A stretch of DNA of 64,000 bases from an uncultured SAR86 cluster bacterium (GCA_964275585.1 CAXYCJ010000003.1:10315-74314), one strand, 5' to 3'; shown: positions 1 to 12,896, counted from the stretch's first letter. Numbers and translations are program-made. The notes: a model not told the origin generated them from the letters alone.

Positions 1-474
1 GAAAAAATCATTCCTAGTAATAAATTCACCTCCATCTAGGCTGCGAATAAATGCAGCGGGATTTCCTGCATAAATACAATTAGGTGGAACATTCTTAGTA
101 ACCACTGATCTTGCGCCTATGATACTGTTCTCTCCAACCGTAACACCTTTGCAAATCATCGCATCCTCACCCACCCAGACATTTTTTTCTAAAACCACTG
201 GCTTAGGCTCGCCAACAACCTTGGTTCGATCATAAATACCATGCCAGTCTGAATCAGTAATGCATGCGCCATGACCAAACATACAGGAATCATCTATTGA
301 GACTTGAAGAGCTGCCATAATTCTCACGCCCGGTGAGATTAAAACGTAATCTCCTATATTAATTTCTCCCTTCCAATCACCAGCATCCCAGCTTGTCATT
401 TGTATGTAGTCGTCTGGGGCAGCAATAAAAGTAGCAAAATTTCCAACACTAATGCTGGAACCAAATAATTTCAT
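1..474 (-). CDS. hexapeptide-repeat (left-handed beta-helix) acyl/acetyltransferase; C-terminus cut by the window edge
   Basis: Absent from the ORF track because its stop lies outside the window. My reverse-strand translation from ATG 474..472 reads MKLFGSSISVGNFATFIAAPDDY..INIGDYVLISPGVRIMA..NVWVGEDAMICKGVTVGENSIIGARSVVTKNVPPNCIYAGNPAAFIRSL.., which shows imperfect hexapeptide turns typical of LbH transferases. The frame stays open upstream to 627, so the start is uncertain (see finding). Confidence 0.7.
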   Translation of the reverse strand, partial: MKLFGSSISVGNFATFIAAPDDYIQMTSWDAGDWKGEINIGDYVLISPGVRIMAALQVSIDDSCMFGHGACITDSDWHGIYDRTKVVGEPKPVVLEKNVWVGEDAMICKGVTVGENSIIGARSVVTKNVPPNCIYAGNPAAFIRSLDGGEFITRNDFF

Positions 475-635
475 AAATTTTGGTTTAAAAAATACCGATC
501 CATTACCTAGATGTTTGAATTGTGGTTTTACAAAACGCTTAACGTATTGCCTATTAACCTTCGATGTTATTTTTTTAAGCCAATATGGCCGATTATCTTT
601 TCTAATTTTTTCTCTCCAGCGATAGCACTACTTGT

Positions 636-2039
636 ATGATAAAGTACCGAGAAATTTCTGGGCTTATTTTTTTGAAAAAATTACTAAAAGAATTAAAACA
701 ACTTCTCAAGATTGGGGTTCCTATCTTTGGATCTCAAATTTCATATATGGGCATGGGTGTTACAGATACTATAGTTGCAGGTCAAGCCAGCGCCTTGGAT
801 TTATCTGGTCTTGCTATTGGAAACGCCTTAACAATGCCAATCTATTTTCTCTTTGGCGGATGTCTTTTTGCTGTAACACCTATAGTTGCTCAGCTTTTTG
901 GGGCTAAACAATATGAAATGATTGGTGAAAAAGTACGCCAAATATTATGGTTAAGCATAGGTATTGGGGTCATTGGGTTTTTTGCCTATCGAAATCTGAG
1001 TTCCTTGATACCATTTTTTGATATTGATCAAGAGATTGCGGTAATCTCTGATGGTTACTTAAAGGCTATGTCTTATGGTTTTGTAGCCAACATGATTTTT
1101 ACATGCCTACGATGTTACAGCGAGGGTATGGGGTTAACTCTTCCAGTATTCTGGATTGCATTTATCGGCATGCTGCTAAATATTCCTTTAGATATAATCT
1201 TTGTATACGGATATTTTGGTATCCCCCCAATGGGTGGTGTAGGCTGCGGAATTGCAACTTCAATTAATGTAGTGGTTGGGATGATGATACTTATTGTGGT
1301 CATTCTTAGAAAGCAAGAATACGCTCAGACAAAAATATTTTCTAGATTCTCCAAGCCAAATAAAGAGACGACTCTTGAAGCTCTAAAATTAGGATTTCCA
1401 ATTGGCTTTGGTCTCTTCGTAGAACTTAGTATGTTTTCTGGTGCAGCATTGATTATTGGCTCCTTGGGAGCAGCGGTTGTTGGTGCTCATACGGTAGCTA
1501 TAAATATTGCAAGTGTGTTCTTTATGCTTCCACTGGCGATTGGTCTTGCTGCAGCAACCCGCATAGGCAATCTTGTCGGTGAAAGAGATCTCTTACAGGC
1601 ACAATATGCATCTTATGTAACTGTACTGGTCTGTTTTGCAGGAGCCTGTCTTAATACAATTTGTATTTATATGCTTAGAGATGGTCTAGTATCTCTTTAT
1701 TCTAACGATATTGAGGTGATTGCAATAGCAGTAAATCTTTTGTTATTTGCAGCAATCTTTCAGATTCCAGATGGCCTGCAAATGGGAGCGCTTGGAAGCT
1801 TGCGAGGCTATAAAGATACTTTCGCACCCATGCTTATGCTGATTGTTACCTATTGGTTTATTGCTCTACCAGTTGGATATGTACTAACTTATTATGGAAT
1901 TTTAGGAAACCCACTAGGAGCTGCTGGAATCTGGATAGGCATGATTACTGGTTTAATATTATTTTCAACATTAATTCTTCCAAGATTGAATTACACCACC
2001 AATAAATTTATTCTTCGAGCTAACCAAGAACCTCTTTAG
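636..2039 (+). CDS. MATE family efflux transporter (NorM-like)
   Basis: 467-aa polytopic membrane protein. It has two MatE-like halves, starting [25 protein letters not shown] and [26 protein letters not shown]. Confidence 0.85.
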   Translation: MIKYREISGLIFLKKLLKELKQLLKIGVPIFGSQISYMGMGVTDTIVAGQASALDLSGLAIGNALTMPIYFLFGGCLFAVTPIVAQLFGAKQYEMIGEKVRQILWLSIGIGVIGFFAYRNLSSLIPFFDIDQEIAVISDGYLKAMSYGFVANMIFTCLRCYSEGMGLTLPVFWIAFIGMLLNIPLDIIFVYGYFGIPPMGGVGCGIATSINVVVGMMILIVVILRKQEYAQTKIFSRFSKPNKETTLEALKLGFPIGFGLFVELSMFSGAALIIGSLGAAVVGAHTVAINIASVFFMLPLAIGLAAATRIGNLVGERDLLQAQYASYVTVLVCFAGACLNTICIYMLRDGLVSLYSNDIEVIAIAVNLLLFAAIFQIPDGLQMGALGSLRGYKDTFAPMLMLIVTYWFIALPVGYVLTYYGILGNPLGAAGIWIGMITGLILFSTLILPRLNYTTNKFILRANQEPL

Positions 2040-2885
2040 CTTTAGCTCCAATTTGCAATAAATTCTCGGCAATGTGTACTCCACATTCTTCTAGTTTTTT
2101 TATTTTGTCAGCTGCAGTCCCCTTGCCACCAGCAATAATTGCACCAGCGTGCCCCATTCTTTTGCCGGCAGGAGCCGTTTGCCCTGCTATGTATGAAACA
2201 ACTGGTTTGGTTACATGATCTCTGATAAATTCAGCTGCTTCTTCTTCAGCCGTTCCACCAATCTCACCCACCATTACAATTGCTTTAGTTTGCTCATCTG
2301 CTTCAAAGAGCTTTAATACATCAATAAAAGATGTTCCTGGGATCGGATCACCTCCAATACCCACGCATGTGCTTTGACCCAAGCCTAAATCAGTTGTTTG
2401 TTTTACCGCTTCGTAAGTTAATGTTCCAGATCTAGAAATAATACCTACCGAACCTGACAAATGAATGCTGCCTGGCATAATTCCAAGTTTAGCCTCTCCA
2501 GGGGTAATGACTCCGGGACAGTTTGGTCCAATTAACTGAATGCCTAGTTCATCTATACGTTTTTTTACAATAAGCATATCAAGAGTTGGCACACCTTCAG
2601 TGATACAAATAATTAATTTAATGCCGGCATCTGCTGCCTCTAAAATTGAGTCTTTGCAAAAAGGTGCAGGCACAAAAATAATTGAAGCATTTGGTTGAAC
2701 TGCTTCCATTGCATCATGAACAGAATTAAATACTGGAGCACCTAAGTGAGTTTGTCCACCTTTACCAGGTGTAACGCCGCCAACAATATTTGTTCCATAC
2801 TCAATTGATTGCTCTGAGTGTAATGTTGCTTGAGATCCTGTAAAACCTTGAACCAAAAGACGAGTATTTTTATTAACTAATATGC

Positions 2886-2889
<4 letters not shown>
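2020..2889 (-). CDS. sucD: succinyl-CoA synthetase alpha subunit
   Basis: 289 aa. Motifs: [34 protein letters not shown] and the MGHAGAII phospho-histidine loop. Follows sucC with a 4-nt overlap. Confidence 0.97.
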
Positions 2890-5467
<2,578 letters not shown>

Positions 5468-5473
5468 TCACCT

Positions 5474-6697
5474 TCATATATTTAATAGCAATTTTTCTGG
5501 AGATTCTAATTGATCTTTGATGGCAATTAAGAAAGCTACAGCTTCTTTACCATCAAGCAATCTATGATCGTAGCTTAAAGCTAAATACATCATTGGACGA
5601 ATGACTACTTCTCCATTTAGTGCAATGGGTCGATCTTGAATCGTATGCATGCCCAAAATTGCAGTTTGTGGAGCATTTAAAATTGGAGTTGACAGCAAGG
5701 AACCAAACACACCTCCATTTGAAATAGTGAACGTTCCGCCTTGCATGTCTGCAATTGATAATTTCCCATCTTGAGCTTTAACAGAATAATCTAGAATAGA
5801 TTTTTCCACATCTGCCAATTTAAGATTATCTGCATCCCTTATAACTGGAACAACCAAACCCCTATCAGTCGAAACTGCCACTCCAATATCTTGAAAACCA
5901 TGATACACAATATCACTACCATCCATTGATGCATTCACTACTGGAAATTTCTTTAAGGCCTGAACAGCTGCTAAAACAAAGAACCCCATAAAACCAAGCT
6001 TGACGCCATGCTCAGCCTTAAATTCCTCGCCAAATTTTTTTCGTAGATCTTTAATTGGCTTCAAGTCCACCTCATTAAAGGTTGTTAGCATAGCCGTTTC
6101 CTGTTTTACGCTTACAAGCCTCTTAGCAATTGTCGAGCGCAATCTAGACATAGGAACGCGCTCCTCATACCGATCAGATCGCTGAGTTACAATATTTTCT
6201 GAAGTAGAACGAGATACTTTTTTATTAGTGACCGCTTGATCTGGCTGCTCTAGATGGTTGACGATATCAGCTTTGGTAATTCTTCCATCCTTGCCCGAAC
6301 CATTTATTTCTTTTGGATTTAACTCATGTTCTTTAATTAATTTTTCTGCAGCCGGTCCATTTGATTTAGCAACAGTACTAGCTTCAACAACAACATTAGA
6401 TATCTTTTCGCCCTTCAAAGCCTTGGAGTTATTTACTTGAGGGGAATCATTGGAATCTGGTTGCTCCATAAACTCTGCAATAAGCTCTGCACTTTGGACT
6501 ATTTCTCCAGCTGGTTTCAGAACTCTAGAGATTATTCCATCAAAAGGAGCTACGACCTCAAGCACTACCTTGTCAGTTTCGATCTCTGCAATAACCTCAT
6601 CCTGCTTTACAAACTCACCTTCTTGCTTAACCCAATTTGCAATTGTTCCATCTGCCACTGACTCTGGAAAGGTGGGTGATTTAATTTTTATAGCCAT
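5474..6697 (-). CDS. sucB: 2-oxoglutarate dehydrogenase E2, dihydrolipoyllysine succinyltransferase
   Basis: 407 aa. One lipoyl domain ([13 protein letters not shown]) and the catalytic SYDHRLLDG motif. Confidence 0.95.
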   Translation of the reverse strand: MAIKIKSPTFPESVADGTIANWVKQEGEFVKQDEVIAEIETDKVVLEVVAPFDGIISRVLKPAGEIVQSAELIAEFMEQPDSNDSPQVNNSKALKGEKISNVVVEASTVAKSNGPAAEKLIKEHELNPKEINGSGKDGRITKADIVNHLEQPDQAVTNKKVSRSTSENIVTQRSDRYEERVPMSRLRSTIAKRLVSVKQETAMLTTFNEVDLKPIKDLRKKFGEEFKAEHGVKLGFMGFFVLAAVQALKKFPVVNASMDGSDIVYHGFQDIGVAVSTDRGLVVPVIRDADNLKLADVEKSILDYSVKAQDGKLSIADMQGGTFTISNGGVFGSLLSTPILNAPQTAILGMHTIQDRPIALNGEVVIRPMMYLALSYDHRLLDGKEAVAFLIAIKDQLESPEKLLLNI

Positions 6698-6709
6698 AAT
6701 ATTTTTTCT

Positions 6710-9523
6710 CTAAGTTGTAAAAGCTTCTAAAACCAAAGCCTCTTGTTGCTGATTATGTAATTTATTCAAACCAACAGCAGGTGCTGCTGAAGCTTTGCGA
6801 CTAACCAACCGGATTGCCTGAGCATCTATCCGATCTAAAACTCTTTGAAGTCTATGACGATGGCTAAACCAAGCGCCTTGATTACTAGGTTCTTCTTGGC
6901 ACCAAATAAAATCTTTAGTATTTGGGTAGGTTTTTAAGATTGCCTCTAAAATATCATACGGAAATGGGTAAAGCTGCTCAATTCTAAGTATCGCAGTATC
7001 TGTAATGTTAAGATCTTTTCTCTTTTGCTCTAAATCATAAAAAACTTTTCCAGAACACATAAGAACTTTAGTTACTTGTTCAGATTTCACTAATTCATCA
7101 TTAATTACATATTGAAATGAGCCCTCGGTTAAATCAACAAGCTCTGAAACTGCTTTTGGATTTCTCAGTAAGCTCTTAGGAGAGATCACAATCAATGGCC
7201 GTCGCATGCTTCTAATAGTTTGCAATCTCAACAAATGATAAATTTGAGCAGGAGTGCTTGGAACACAAACCTGAATATTTTCATCTGCACAGAGCTGAAG
7301 AAACCTTTCTAATCTAGCGCTGCTATGTTCAGGACCTTGTCCCTCGTAACCATGCGGGAGCAACATAACTAATCCAGAAAGTCTTTCCCATTTATGTTCA
7401 GCGGATACAATAAATTGGTCTATAACTACTTGAGCACCGTTTACAAAATCACCAAATTGAGCTTCCCAAATAACTAAACCAGAGGGTCGTGTTGCTGAGT
7501 AACCATACTCAAAGCCTAATACTGCCTCTTCAGATAACAGAGAGTCATAGATATCAATAGTTGTTCCAGCTTTCTCTGCAATTCGAGTCAAGGGCATAAA
7601 ACCCACACCATCTATTTGGTTTAAAACTACGGCATGCCGATGAGAAAATGTCCCTCTGCGAATATCTTGACCAGTAAATCTTATGGGATAGCCTTGATCA
7701 AGGAGAGTTGCATATGCCATGTTTTCAGCAAAACCCCAATTTAAAGGGGCCGTACCATTTGCCATATCCAATCTCTCAGCAAATATTCTTTGTACTTGCT
7801 TTTGAAGTACAAATTCCTCGGGTGGAGTGAAGATAACCTCAGCTAATTTTTGAAACTTCTCTGTATTAAATAAAGGATCAATTTTTTGATCGCCTTTTTG
7901 GTTGATATAAGGTGACCAGTCAAACCATGAAGACTTATTAGGTTTTGTGGCAAGGTTATGAGCAACTGAACTTCCTTGCTCTAATGTAGTTCTGTATTTT
8001 TTTTCTATCTCTGTGCAATCTGATTCGTTAATTACATTATTTTTAATCAAGAGTTTTTGGTAGATATCTTTTACAGATGGATGGGTTGAAATCTTCTGAT
8101 ACATCAAGGGCTGAGTGGAAGATGGCTCATCTGCTTCATTGTGACCACGTCGGCGATAGCAGAACATATCAATTACAATGTCTTTTTTAAAATTATGTCT
8201 GTATTCACAAGCCAATTTTGCTGCAAAGACCACCATCTCAGGATCGTCTCCATTGACATGAAGCACTGGTGCTTCAATCATTTTTGCTACATCAGTAGCG
8301 TATTGGGTAGAGCGAGAATCTTCTTCATTTGAGGTAGTAAAGCCAATTTGGTTATTTATGATTACATGAATCGTTCCACCCACTCCGTAACCTCTTGTTT
8401 GAGACATCTGAAGGGTTTCCATCACAACACCTTGCCCGGAAAAAGATGCATCACCATGAATTAAAATTGGAACAACTAATTTTTTTTCATTATCTTGAAG
8501 TCTGTCTTGCCTGCCTCGCACAGAACCCATTACCACTGGATCTACTATTTCTAAGTGAGAGGGATTATTTGCTAGAGAAACATGCACCTCTCCATTTGGA
8601 GTCAAGATATTTGTTGAGAACCCAAGATGATATTTAACATCGCCTGTGCTAGCACCCTCTAATTCATAATTTTCTTCAAATTCTGTAAATAATTCCTTGG
8701 GAGATTTTCCCAATACATTGACAAGGAGATTTAAGCGACCACGGTGCGCCATCCCGAAGCATACTTGCTCGGCACCAAAAATTCCACAGTTCTGAATCAA
8801 GCTATCCACCAATGGAATAAGTGATTCAGATCCATCAATACCAAATCTCTTCATGCCCGGATACCTTGATGCTAGAAATTTAGCTAGCCCTTCTGCTGAA
8901 CTCAAACGCTTTAATATATATTTTTTCTCTTCATGATTAAAATTTAAATTTCCTAAGTTTGGTTCTAAGCGTTGCTGAAACCATACTCTTTCCTCCATCG
9001 AGGAAATATAATTATATTCAATGCCGAGTGTCCCACAATATATATGCTCTAAGGCCTTTAATATTTCTTTTAGTGTTGCAGAATCTTGGTTTATTTTTAA
9101 GGTATCGGTATTGAAAACTTCTGACAAATCTGAATCATGCAATCCATGAAACTCTAGATCAAGATCATCACAATGCCGAATTATTTTTAGGCCCAATGGA
9201 TCAAGCCGAGCTTTTTGATGGCCTCTATTACGGTAGGCTTGAATAAGTTGAATTACTCTAACTTGCCTCTCATCTTGGATGACTTGATTCAGGGCATTGC
9301 GGAGAGGTGTATTTACTTGCGTCTCTTTCAGTCGATCGATGACTTCTTGGTGCGATACTTCTTCATGTTCGCTCTCAACAACTGGCAGAGAGTCAAAATA
9401 TAATTTCCAGTCATTAGGAATAGATGAAGGATCACTAAGATAGGACTCATACAAAGATTCCAAGTATGAACTTTGCCCTCCTGAAGTATGGGAGGTAGAC
9501 CAGGAATCCTCCATATTATTCAT
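6710..9523 (-). CDS. sucA: 2-oxoglutarate dehydrogenase E1 component
   Basis: 937 aa with typical E1o length and motifs (GMAHRGRLNLLVNVLGK, LHGDASFSGQGVV, LLPHGYEGQGPEHSSARLERFLQL). Confidence 0.95.
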   Translation of the reverse strand: MNNMEDSWSTSHTSGGQSSYLESLYESYLSDPSSIPNDWKLYFDSLPVVESEHEEVSHQEVIDRLKETQVNTPLRNALNQVIQDERQVRVIQLIQAYRNRGHQKARLDPLGLKIIRHCDDLDLEFHGLHDSDLSEVFNTDTLKINQDSATLKEILKALEHIYCGTLGIEYNYISSMEERVWFQQRLEPNLGNLNFNHEEKKYILKRLSSAEGLAKFLASRYPGMKRFGIDGSESLIPLVDSLIQNCGIFGAEQVCFGMAHRGRLNLLVNVLGKSPKELFTEFEENYELEGASTGDVKYHLGFSTNILTPNGEVHVSLANNPSHLEIVDPVVMGSVRGRQDRLQDNEKKLVVPILIHGDASFSGQGVVMETLQMSQTRGYGVGGTIHVIINNQIGFTTSNEEDSRSTQYATDVAKMIEAPVLHVNGDDPEMVVFAAKLACEYRHNFKKDIVIDMFCYRRRGHNEADEPSSTQPLMYQKISTHPSVKDIYQKLLIKNNVINESDCTEIEKKYRTTLEQGSSVAHNLATKPNKSSWFDWSPYINQKGDQKIDPLFNTEKFQKLAEVIFTPPEEFVLQKQVQRIFAERLDMANGTAPLNWGFAENMAYATLLDQGYPIRFTGQDIRRGTFSHRHAVVLNQIDGVGFMPLTRIAEKAGTTIDIYDSLLSEEAVLGFEYGYSATRPSGLVIWEAQFGDFVNGAQVVIDQFIVSAEHKWERLSGLVMLLPHGYEGQGPEHSSARLERFLQLCADENIQVCVPSTPAQIYHLLRLQTIRSMRRPLIVISPKSLLRNPKAVSELVDLTEGSFQYVINDELVKSEQVTKVLMCSGKVFYDLEQKRKDLNITDTAILRIEQLYPFPYDILEAILKTYPNTKDFIWCQEEPSNQGAWFSHRHRLQRVLDRIDAQAIRLVSRKASAAPAVGLNKLHNQQQEALVLEAFTT

Positions 9524-9531
9524 GGTATGGA

Positions 9532-10272
9532 TTAAATAGCCCCATCTGAAGCAATAATACTGCTTTGATTTTTTTTATTAGTTAGAAGCATTGACTTAAT
9601 CTTGCCAATTGCATGATTCGGATTTAAATCTTTAGGACATACACTTACACAGTTCATAATTCCATGGCAACGATAAACACTAAAAGGATCTGAAAGATCT
9701 GATAATCTCTCTGATGTCTTGGTATCTCTAGAGTCCGCAATAAATCTATAGGCTTGAAGCAAAGCAGCTGGACCAACAAATTTATCTGGATTCCACCAAA
9801 ATGATGGGCAGCTTGAAGAGCAACATGCACATAAGATACATTCATAGAGGCCATCAAGCTTATCTCTATCTTCAGGCGATTGAAGCCTTTCGGTGACAGG
9901 AGGCTCTGTTTCATTTTGTAAAAAAGGTTTAATTTTATCGTACTGGGCATAGAACTCAGTCATATCAACCACTAGATCCCTTATCACTGGAAGCCCAGGC
10001 AAAGGTCGAAGATCAATTTTATTCTTTTTGATTACTGAGGAAATTGGGGTAATGCAAGCTAATCCATTTTTTCCATTTATGTTCATTCCATCAGAACCAC
10101 ATACTCCTTCCCTGCATGAGCGCCTATAGGAAATGGAAGAATCCTTTTCTTTAAGTATATTAAGCAACTCTAAAAGCATGATATCTTTTTCAGGCTTTTC
10201 AATTGAATATTTTTGCATATAAGGAAACTTATCAGTCTCTGGGTTATATCGGTAAATATTTACATCAATCAT
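9532..10272 (-). CDS. sdhB: succinate dehydrogenase iron-sulfur subunit
   Basis: 246 aa. Cys clusters CREGVCGSDGMNING, CILCACCSSSCP and CHGIMNCVSVCP. Confidence 0.95.
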   Translation of the reverse strand: MIDVNIYRYNPETDKFPYMQKYSIEKPEKDIMLLELLNILKEKDSSISYRRSCREGVCGSDGMNINGKNGLACITPISSVIKKNKIDLRPLPGLPVIRDLVVDMTEFYAQYDKIKPFLQNETEPPVTERLQSPEDRDKLDGLYECILCACCSSSCPSFWWNPDKFVGPAALLQAYRFIADSRDTKTSERLSDLSDPFSVYRCHGIMNCVSVCPKDLNPNHAIGKIKSMLLTNKKNQSSIIASDGAI

Positions 10273-10292
10273 TTTAAATCTCTCTTTCGTAA

Positions 10293-10931
10293 TTAATATG
10301 TTCTAATTTTCGGTTCAAATGTATCTACTTTGGTTGGTTCGAAATTGACCTCTCTTTTACTCAACGTCTTAGTCTCGGGGTCATATAATGAGTGACATAA
10401 CCAGTTTTCATCATCTCGCTCCTTGAAATCGTCTCTGGCATGAGCTCCCCTACTCTCTGTTCTCTTGAGAGACGCAATGGCTGTTGCTTCTGCGACCTCA
10501 AATAAGTTTTGAAGTTCAAGGGCCTCAACTCTACTTGTGTTAAAAGCCAAGCTTTTATCTTTCAAGTGAAGGTTTGATATTTTTTCTCTTATCTTTTTTA
10601 GCGCTGAAACGCCAGTTTCCATATAATCACCTCTGCGAAAGACCCCAAAATAATTCTGCATAACTGACTGAAGTTCTCGCTTCACTTCTGCAACTTCATA
10701 ACCACCAGTTGAATGATTCAAAGTATTTAAGCTAGTAAGAGCGCTATCAATATCATCGCTAGTAGCATCAGCTACACCGCCACCAGATTTCAGAGAATCT
10801 TGAATATGAAGCCCAGCCGCTCTTCCAAATACCACTAGGTCAAGGAGAGAATTTTCCACCAAGTCTATTAGCACCATGCACAGATACACATGCAGCTTCA
10901 CCAACTGAAAATAATCCTGGAATAGTTTCAT
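10293..10931 (-). CDS. sdhA: succinate dehydrogenase flavoprotein subunit, C-terminal fragment (gene split by a frameshift)
   Basis: Only the part from about 10855 downstream is SdhA-like ([20 protein letters not shown]...[11 protein letters not shown]...). The N-terminal 25 aa of this ORF are out-of-frame read-through of the upstream fragment. Confidence 0.85.
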   Translation of the reverse strand: MKLFQDYFQLVKLHVYLCMVLIDLVENSLLDLVVFGRAAGLHIQDSLKSGGGVADATSDDIDSALTSLNTLNHSTGGYEVAEVKRELQSVMQNYFGVFRRGDYMETGVSALKKIREKISNLHLKDKSLAFNTSRVEALELQNLFEVAEATAIASLKRTESRGAHARDDFKERDDENWLCHSLYDPETKTLSKREVNFEPTKVDTFEPKIRTY

Positions 10932-12081
10932 CTACTCCATTTAATTGTTTAAAGGCTTGGCCATGAATATTAGTTGGCGTGCCACCCATCATGTAGTGAC
11001 AAGTTGGTACGACTGGAATGGGTTCATAAATAGGATCTACGCCAGCAAATGTTCTAGAAAGCTCACAAATACCTGGTAATTTAGAATTTAAAACATCTGC
11101 ACCTAAATGATCCAATTTTAATAAAACATGGTCTTTATTTTCACCGCACCCTCTACCCTCTAATATCTCAAGAACCATTGATCGTGCAACCACATCTCGA
11201 CCCGCTAAGTCTTTTGCATTTGGGGCATATCTCTCCATAAATCTTTCTCCATCAGCATTAATGAGGTAACCTCCCTCGCCTCTACATCCTTCAGTCACTA
11301 GAGAACCTGCTCCATATATGCCTGTAGGATGAAACTGCCACATCTCCATATCTTGTGCAGGGAAGCCTGCTCTTAGAGCCATTCCTAAGCCATCTCCTGT
11401 ATTAATTAAGGCATTTGTTGTTGATGAGTATATTCTCCCTGCTCCACCAGTTGCCATTACAGTTGCCTGAGCTTTTAGATATGCCACTTCACCTGATTCA
11501 ATGGAAAATGCAATAACTCCGGTTACTTCCTCTGATTGATTTACAACAAGTTCAACTGCAAACCATTCATTTAAAAAATTTGAGCCTTCCTTGATATTGT
11601 TCTGATAAAGAGTGTGAAGTAAAGCGTGGCCTGTCCTATCAGCTGCTGCGCAGGTTCGAGCTGCTTGCCCTCCTTTACCAAAATCTTTAGATTGACCTCC
11701 AAAAGGTCTTTGATAGATTCGCCCATTCTCAAATCTCGAGAACGGAAGACCCATATGCTCCAATTCAAATACAGCCTTAGGTCCTTCTGAACACATGTAC
11801 TCAATTGCATCCTGGTCTCCAATATAATCTGATCCCTTCACCGTGTCATACATGTGCCAGCGCCAGTCATCATCTGGGTCAGCGCTACCTATGGCACAAG
11901 TAATTCCTCCTTGAGCAGAAACTGTATGTGATCGAGTTGGGAAAACTTTAGAAACAACTGCTGTTTTTAAACCTGATTTAGCAAGCTCAAGTGAGGTTCT
12001 CATTCCTGAGCCTCCTCCACCTATAATCAAAGCATCAAATTCTAAAATTGTAATATTTGATGAGTTTAAAATATCTTGCAT
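10840..12081 (-). CDS. sdhA: succinate dehydrogenase flavoprotein subunit, N-terminal fragment (gene split by a frameshift)
   Basis: [17 protein letters not shown] fold, the [10 protein letters not shown] covalent-FAD histidine motif, and [13 protein letters not shown] followed by 4 aberrant residues and a stop. Start set at MQDILNSS (12081) rather than the longest ORF (12120). Confidence 0.88.
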   Translation of the reverse strand: MQDILNSSNITILEFDALIIGGGGSGMRTSLELAKSGLKTAVVSKVFPTRSHTVSAQGGITCAIGSADPDDDWRWHMYDTVKGSDYIGDQDAIEYMCSEGPKAVFELEHMGLPFSRFENGRIYQRPFGGQSKDFGKGGQAARTCAAADRTGHALLHTLYQNNIKEGSNFLNEWFAVELVVNQSEEVTGVIAFSIESGEVAYLKAQATVMATGGAGRIYSSTTNALINTGDGLGMALRAGFPAQDMEMWQFHPTGIYGAGSLVTEGCRGEGGYLINADGERFMERYAPNAKDLAGRDVVARSMVLEILEGRGCGENKDHVLLKLDHLGADVLNSKLPGICELSRTFAGVDPIYEPIPVVPTCHYMMGGTPTNIHGQAFKQLNGVDETIPGLFSVGEAACVSVHGANRLGGKFSP

Positions 12082-12446
12082 AAGCCTAACCCCAGATAAT
12101 AAATAAAGCGAACAAAGCAAATGCAGAGCCCCAAAGAATATATTAAAAAAGAATAAAAATTTCTAATTATGTCGGCATATTGAACAAAAGAAGTGTTGAG
12201 GAAGCCTAAAGTTCTTCCTGTCAGATAATCTGTACCAATCGTCCACAAACCAACAAAAGAATGCAAAAGTACAGCTACCGATGCAATGCTAGTGGTAGCT
12301 TTAAAAAGAAAAGAATTAGCAAAAATCATCCAAGTATCAAAGCTTATAATTTGGGTGGTAGTAAAAAATACAGAAATCCAGGTAGTATAAATAAGCAGGA
12401 ATACTGCTGAGATTCTTTGAATATACCAAATCAATGAGCCACTCAT
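12066..12446 (-). CDS. sdhD: succinate dehydrogenase membrane anchor subunit
   Basis: Small 3-TM hydrophobic protein between sdhC and sdhA. Start set at [14 protein letters not shown], which gives an ATGA overlap with the sdhC stop; the ORF-track start at 12488 would run through sdhC. Confidence 0.8.
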   Translation of the reverse strand: MSGSLIWYIQRISAVFLLIYTTWISVFFTTTQIISFDTWMIFANSFLFKATTSIASVAVLLHSFVGLWTIGTDYLTGRTLGFLNTSFVQYADIIRNFYSFLIYSLGLCICFVRFIYYLGLGLCKIF

Positions 12447-12709
12447 AGAACAACTGCTCTCATGACAAGCATAACGAGAATGGACCAAAGAACAAAAACA
12501 AGCATGGATGAAACCTTAGAAGCTTTCAGTGACTCTCCAATATGAATGTCCATCAGTAAATGACGAACTCCAGTTAAGACGTGGTAAGCAAAAATAAGGA
12601 AGCTAAAAGCAACAAATGTTGTAAATATAGTAGATGTTTGGAATAAGCTTTGAATTACGAGAAAATTAGCTTCTGACTTAGTTGAATAATGTAACAAAAA
12701 TAAACCCAA
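12443..12709 (-). CDS. sdhC: succinate dehydrogenase cytochrome b556 subunit, C-terminal fragment (frameshifted)
   Basis: 88-aa ORF with the HVLTGVRHLLMD heme-ligand region (E. coli HVVVGIRHMMMD, from memory). It lacks the N-terminal RPV...HR.SG part, which lies in another frame upstream. Confidence 0.75.
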   Translation of the reverse strand: MGLFLLHYSTKSEANFLVIQSLFQTSTIFTTFVAFSFLIFAYHVLTGVRHLLMDIHIGESLKASKVSSMLVFVLWSILVMLVMRAVVL

Positions 12710-12839
12710 AGGGAAGTGTTAGGAAAAATATATACATTCCTGAAAGCCTATGCGTTATGGATGATATTGCAGATATAGGAAGGCTAATTTTTAATAGATT
12801 GATATGGACGGGTCTTCGATCATGTAATTTATTAGACAT
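12678..12839 (-). CDS. sdhC: succinate dehydrogenase cytochrome b556 subunit, N-terminal fragment (frameshifted)
   Basis: 53-codon ORF below the track cut-off, from my own translation: MSNKLHDRRPVHINLLKISLPISAISSITHRLSGMYIFFLTLPFGFIFVTLFN*. It matches the SdhC N-terminus pattern RPV-x-L-x-L..I.FP..AI.SI.HR.SG. Confidence 0.7.
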   Translation of the reverse strand: MSNKLHDRRPVHINLLKISLPISAISSITHRLSGMYIFFLTLPFGFIFVTLFN

Positions 12840-12896
12840 TTGTTCCTTGTAACTAAATGTAAGGTCTAAATTATACGGAATCTATAGTGGAAAGTC

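Noticed and set aside
9654-9950. Same-strand, out-of-frame ORFs nested in real genes: 9654..9950 in sdhB, 11571..11822 in sdhA, 34257..34508 in tolQ, 45815..46051 in surE, and 58256..58522 and 58652..58897 in ddl. Considered as possible signs of further frameshifts or overlapping genes.
   Set aside because: In each case the host gene is full length and continuous in one frame, unlike sdhA and sdhC. The nested ORFs have no motifs. I treat them as chance open frames.
10840-10860. Programmed +1 ribosomal frameshifting or transcriptional slippage as the explanation for the sdhA and sdhC breaks.
   Set aside because: The runs are only 4-5 nt long. Slippage rescue described in AT-rich endosymbionts needs much longer poly(A) tracts. 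There is no prfB-like CUU-UGA-C shifty stop or upstream Shine-Dalgarno stimulator. Sequencing error or a recent inactivating mutation are simpler explanations.
12870-12875. TATAAT hexamer 30 nt upstream of the sdhC ATG, considered as the sdh operon promoter.
   Set aside because: It is plausibly the -10 element, since it sits in the only 57-nt gap upstream of the operon with an AAGGAA Shine-Dalgarno downstream. I could not find a convincing -35, and a lone TATAAT in AT-rich DNA is weak evidence, so I did not list it as a feature.
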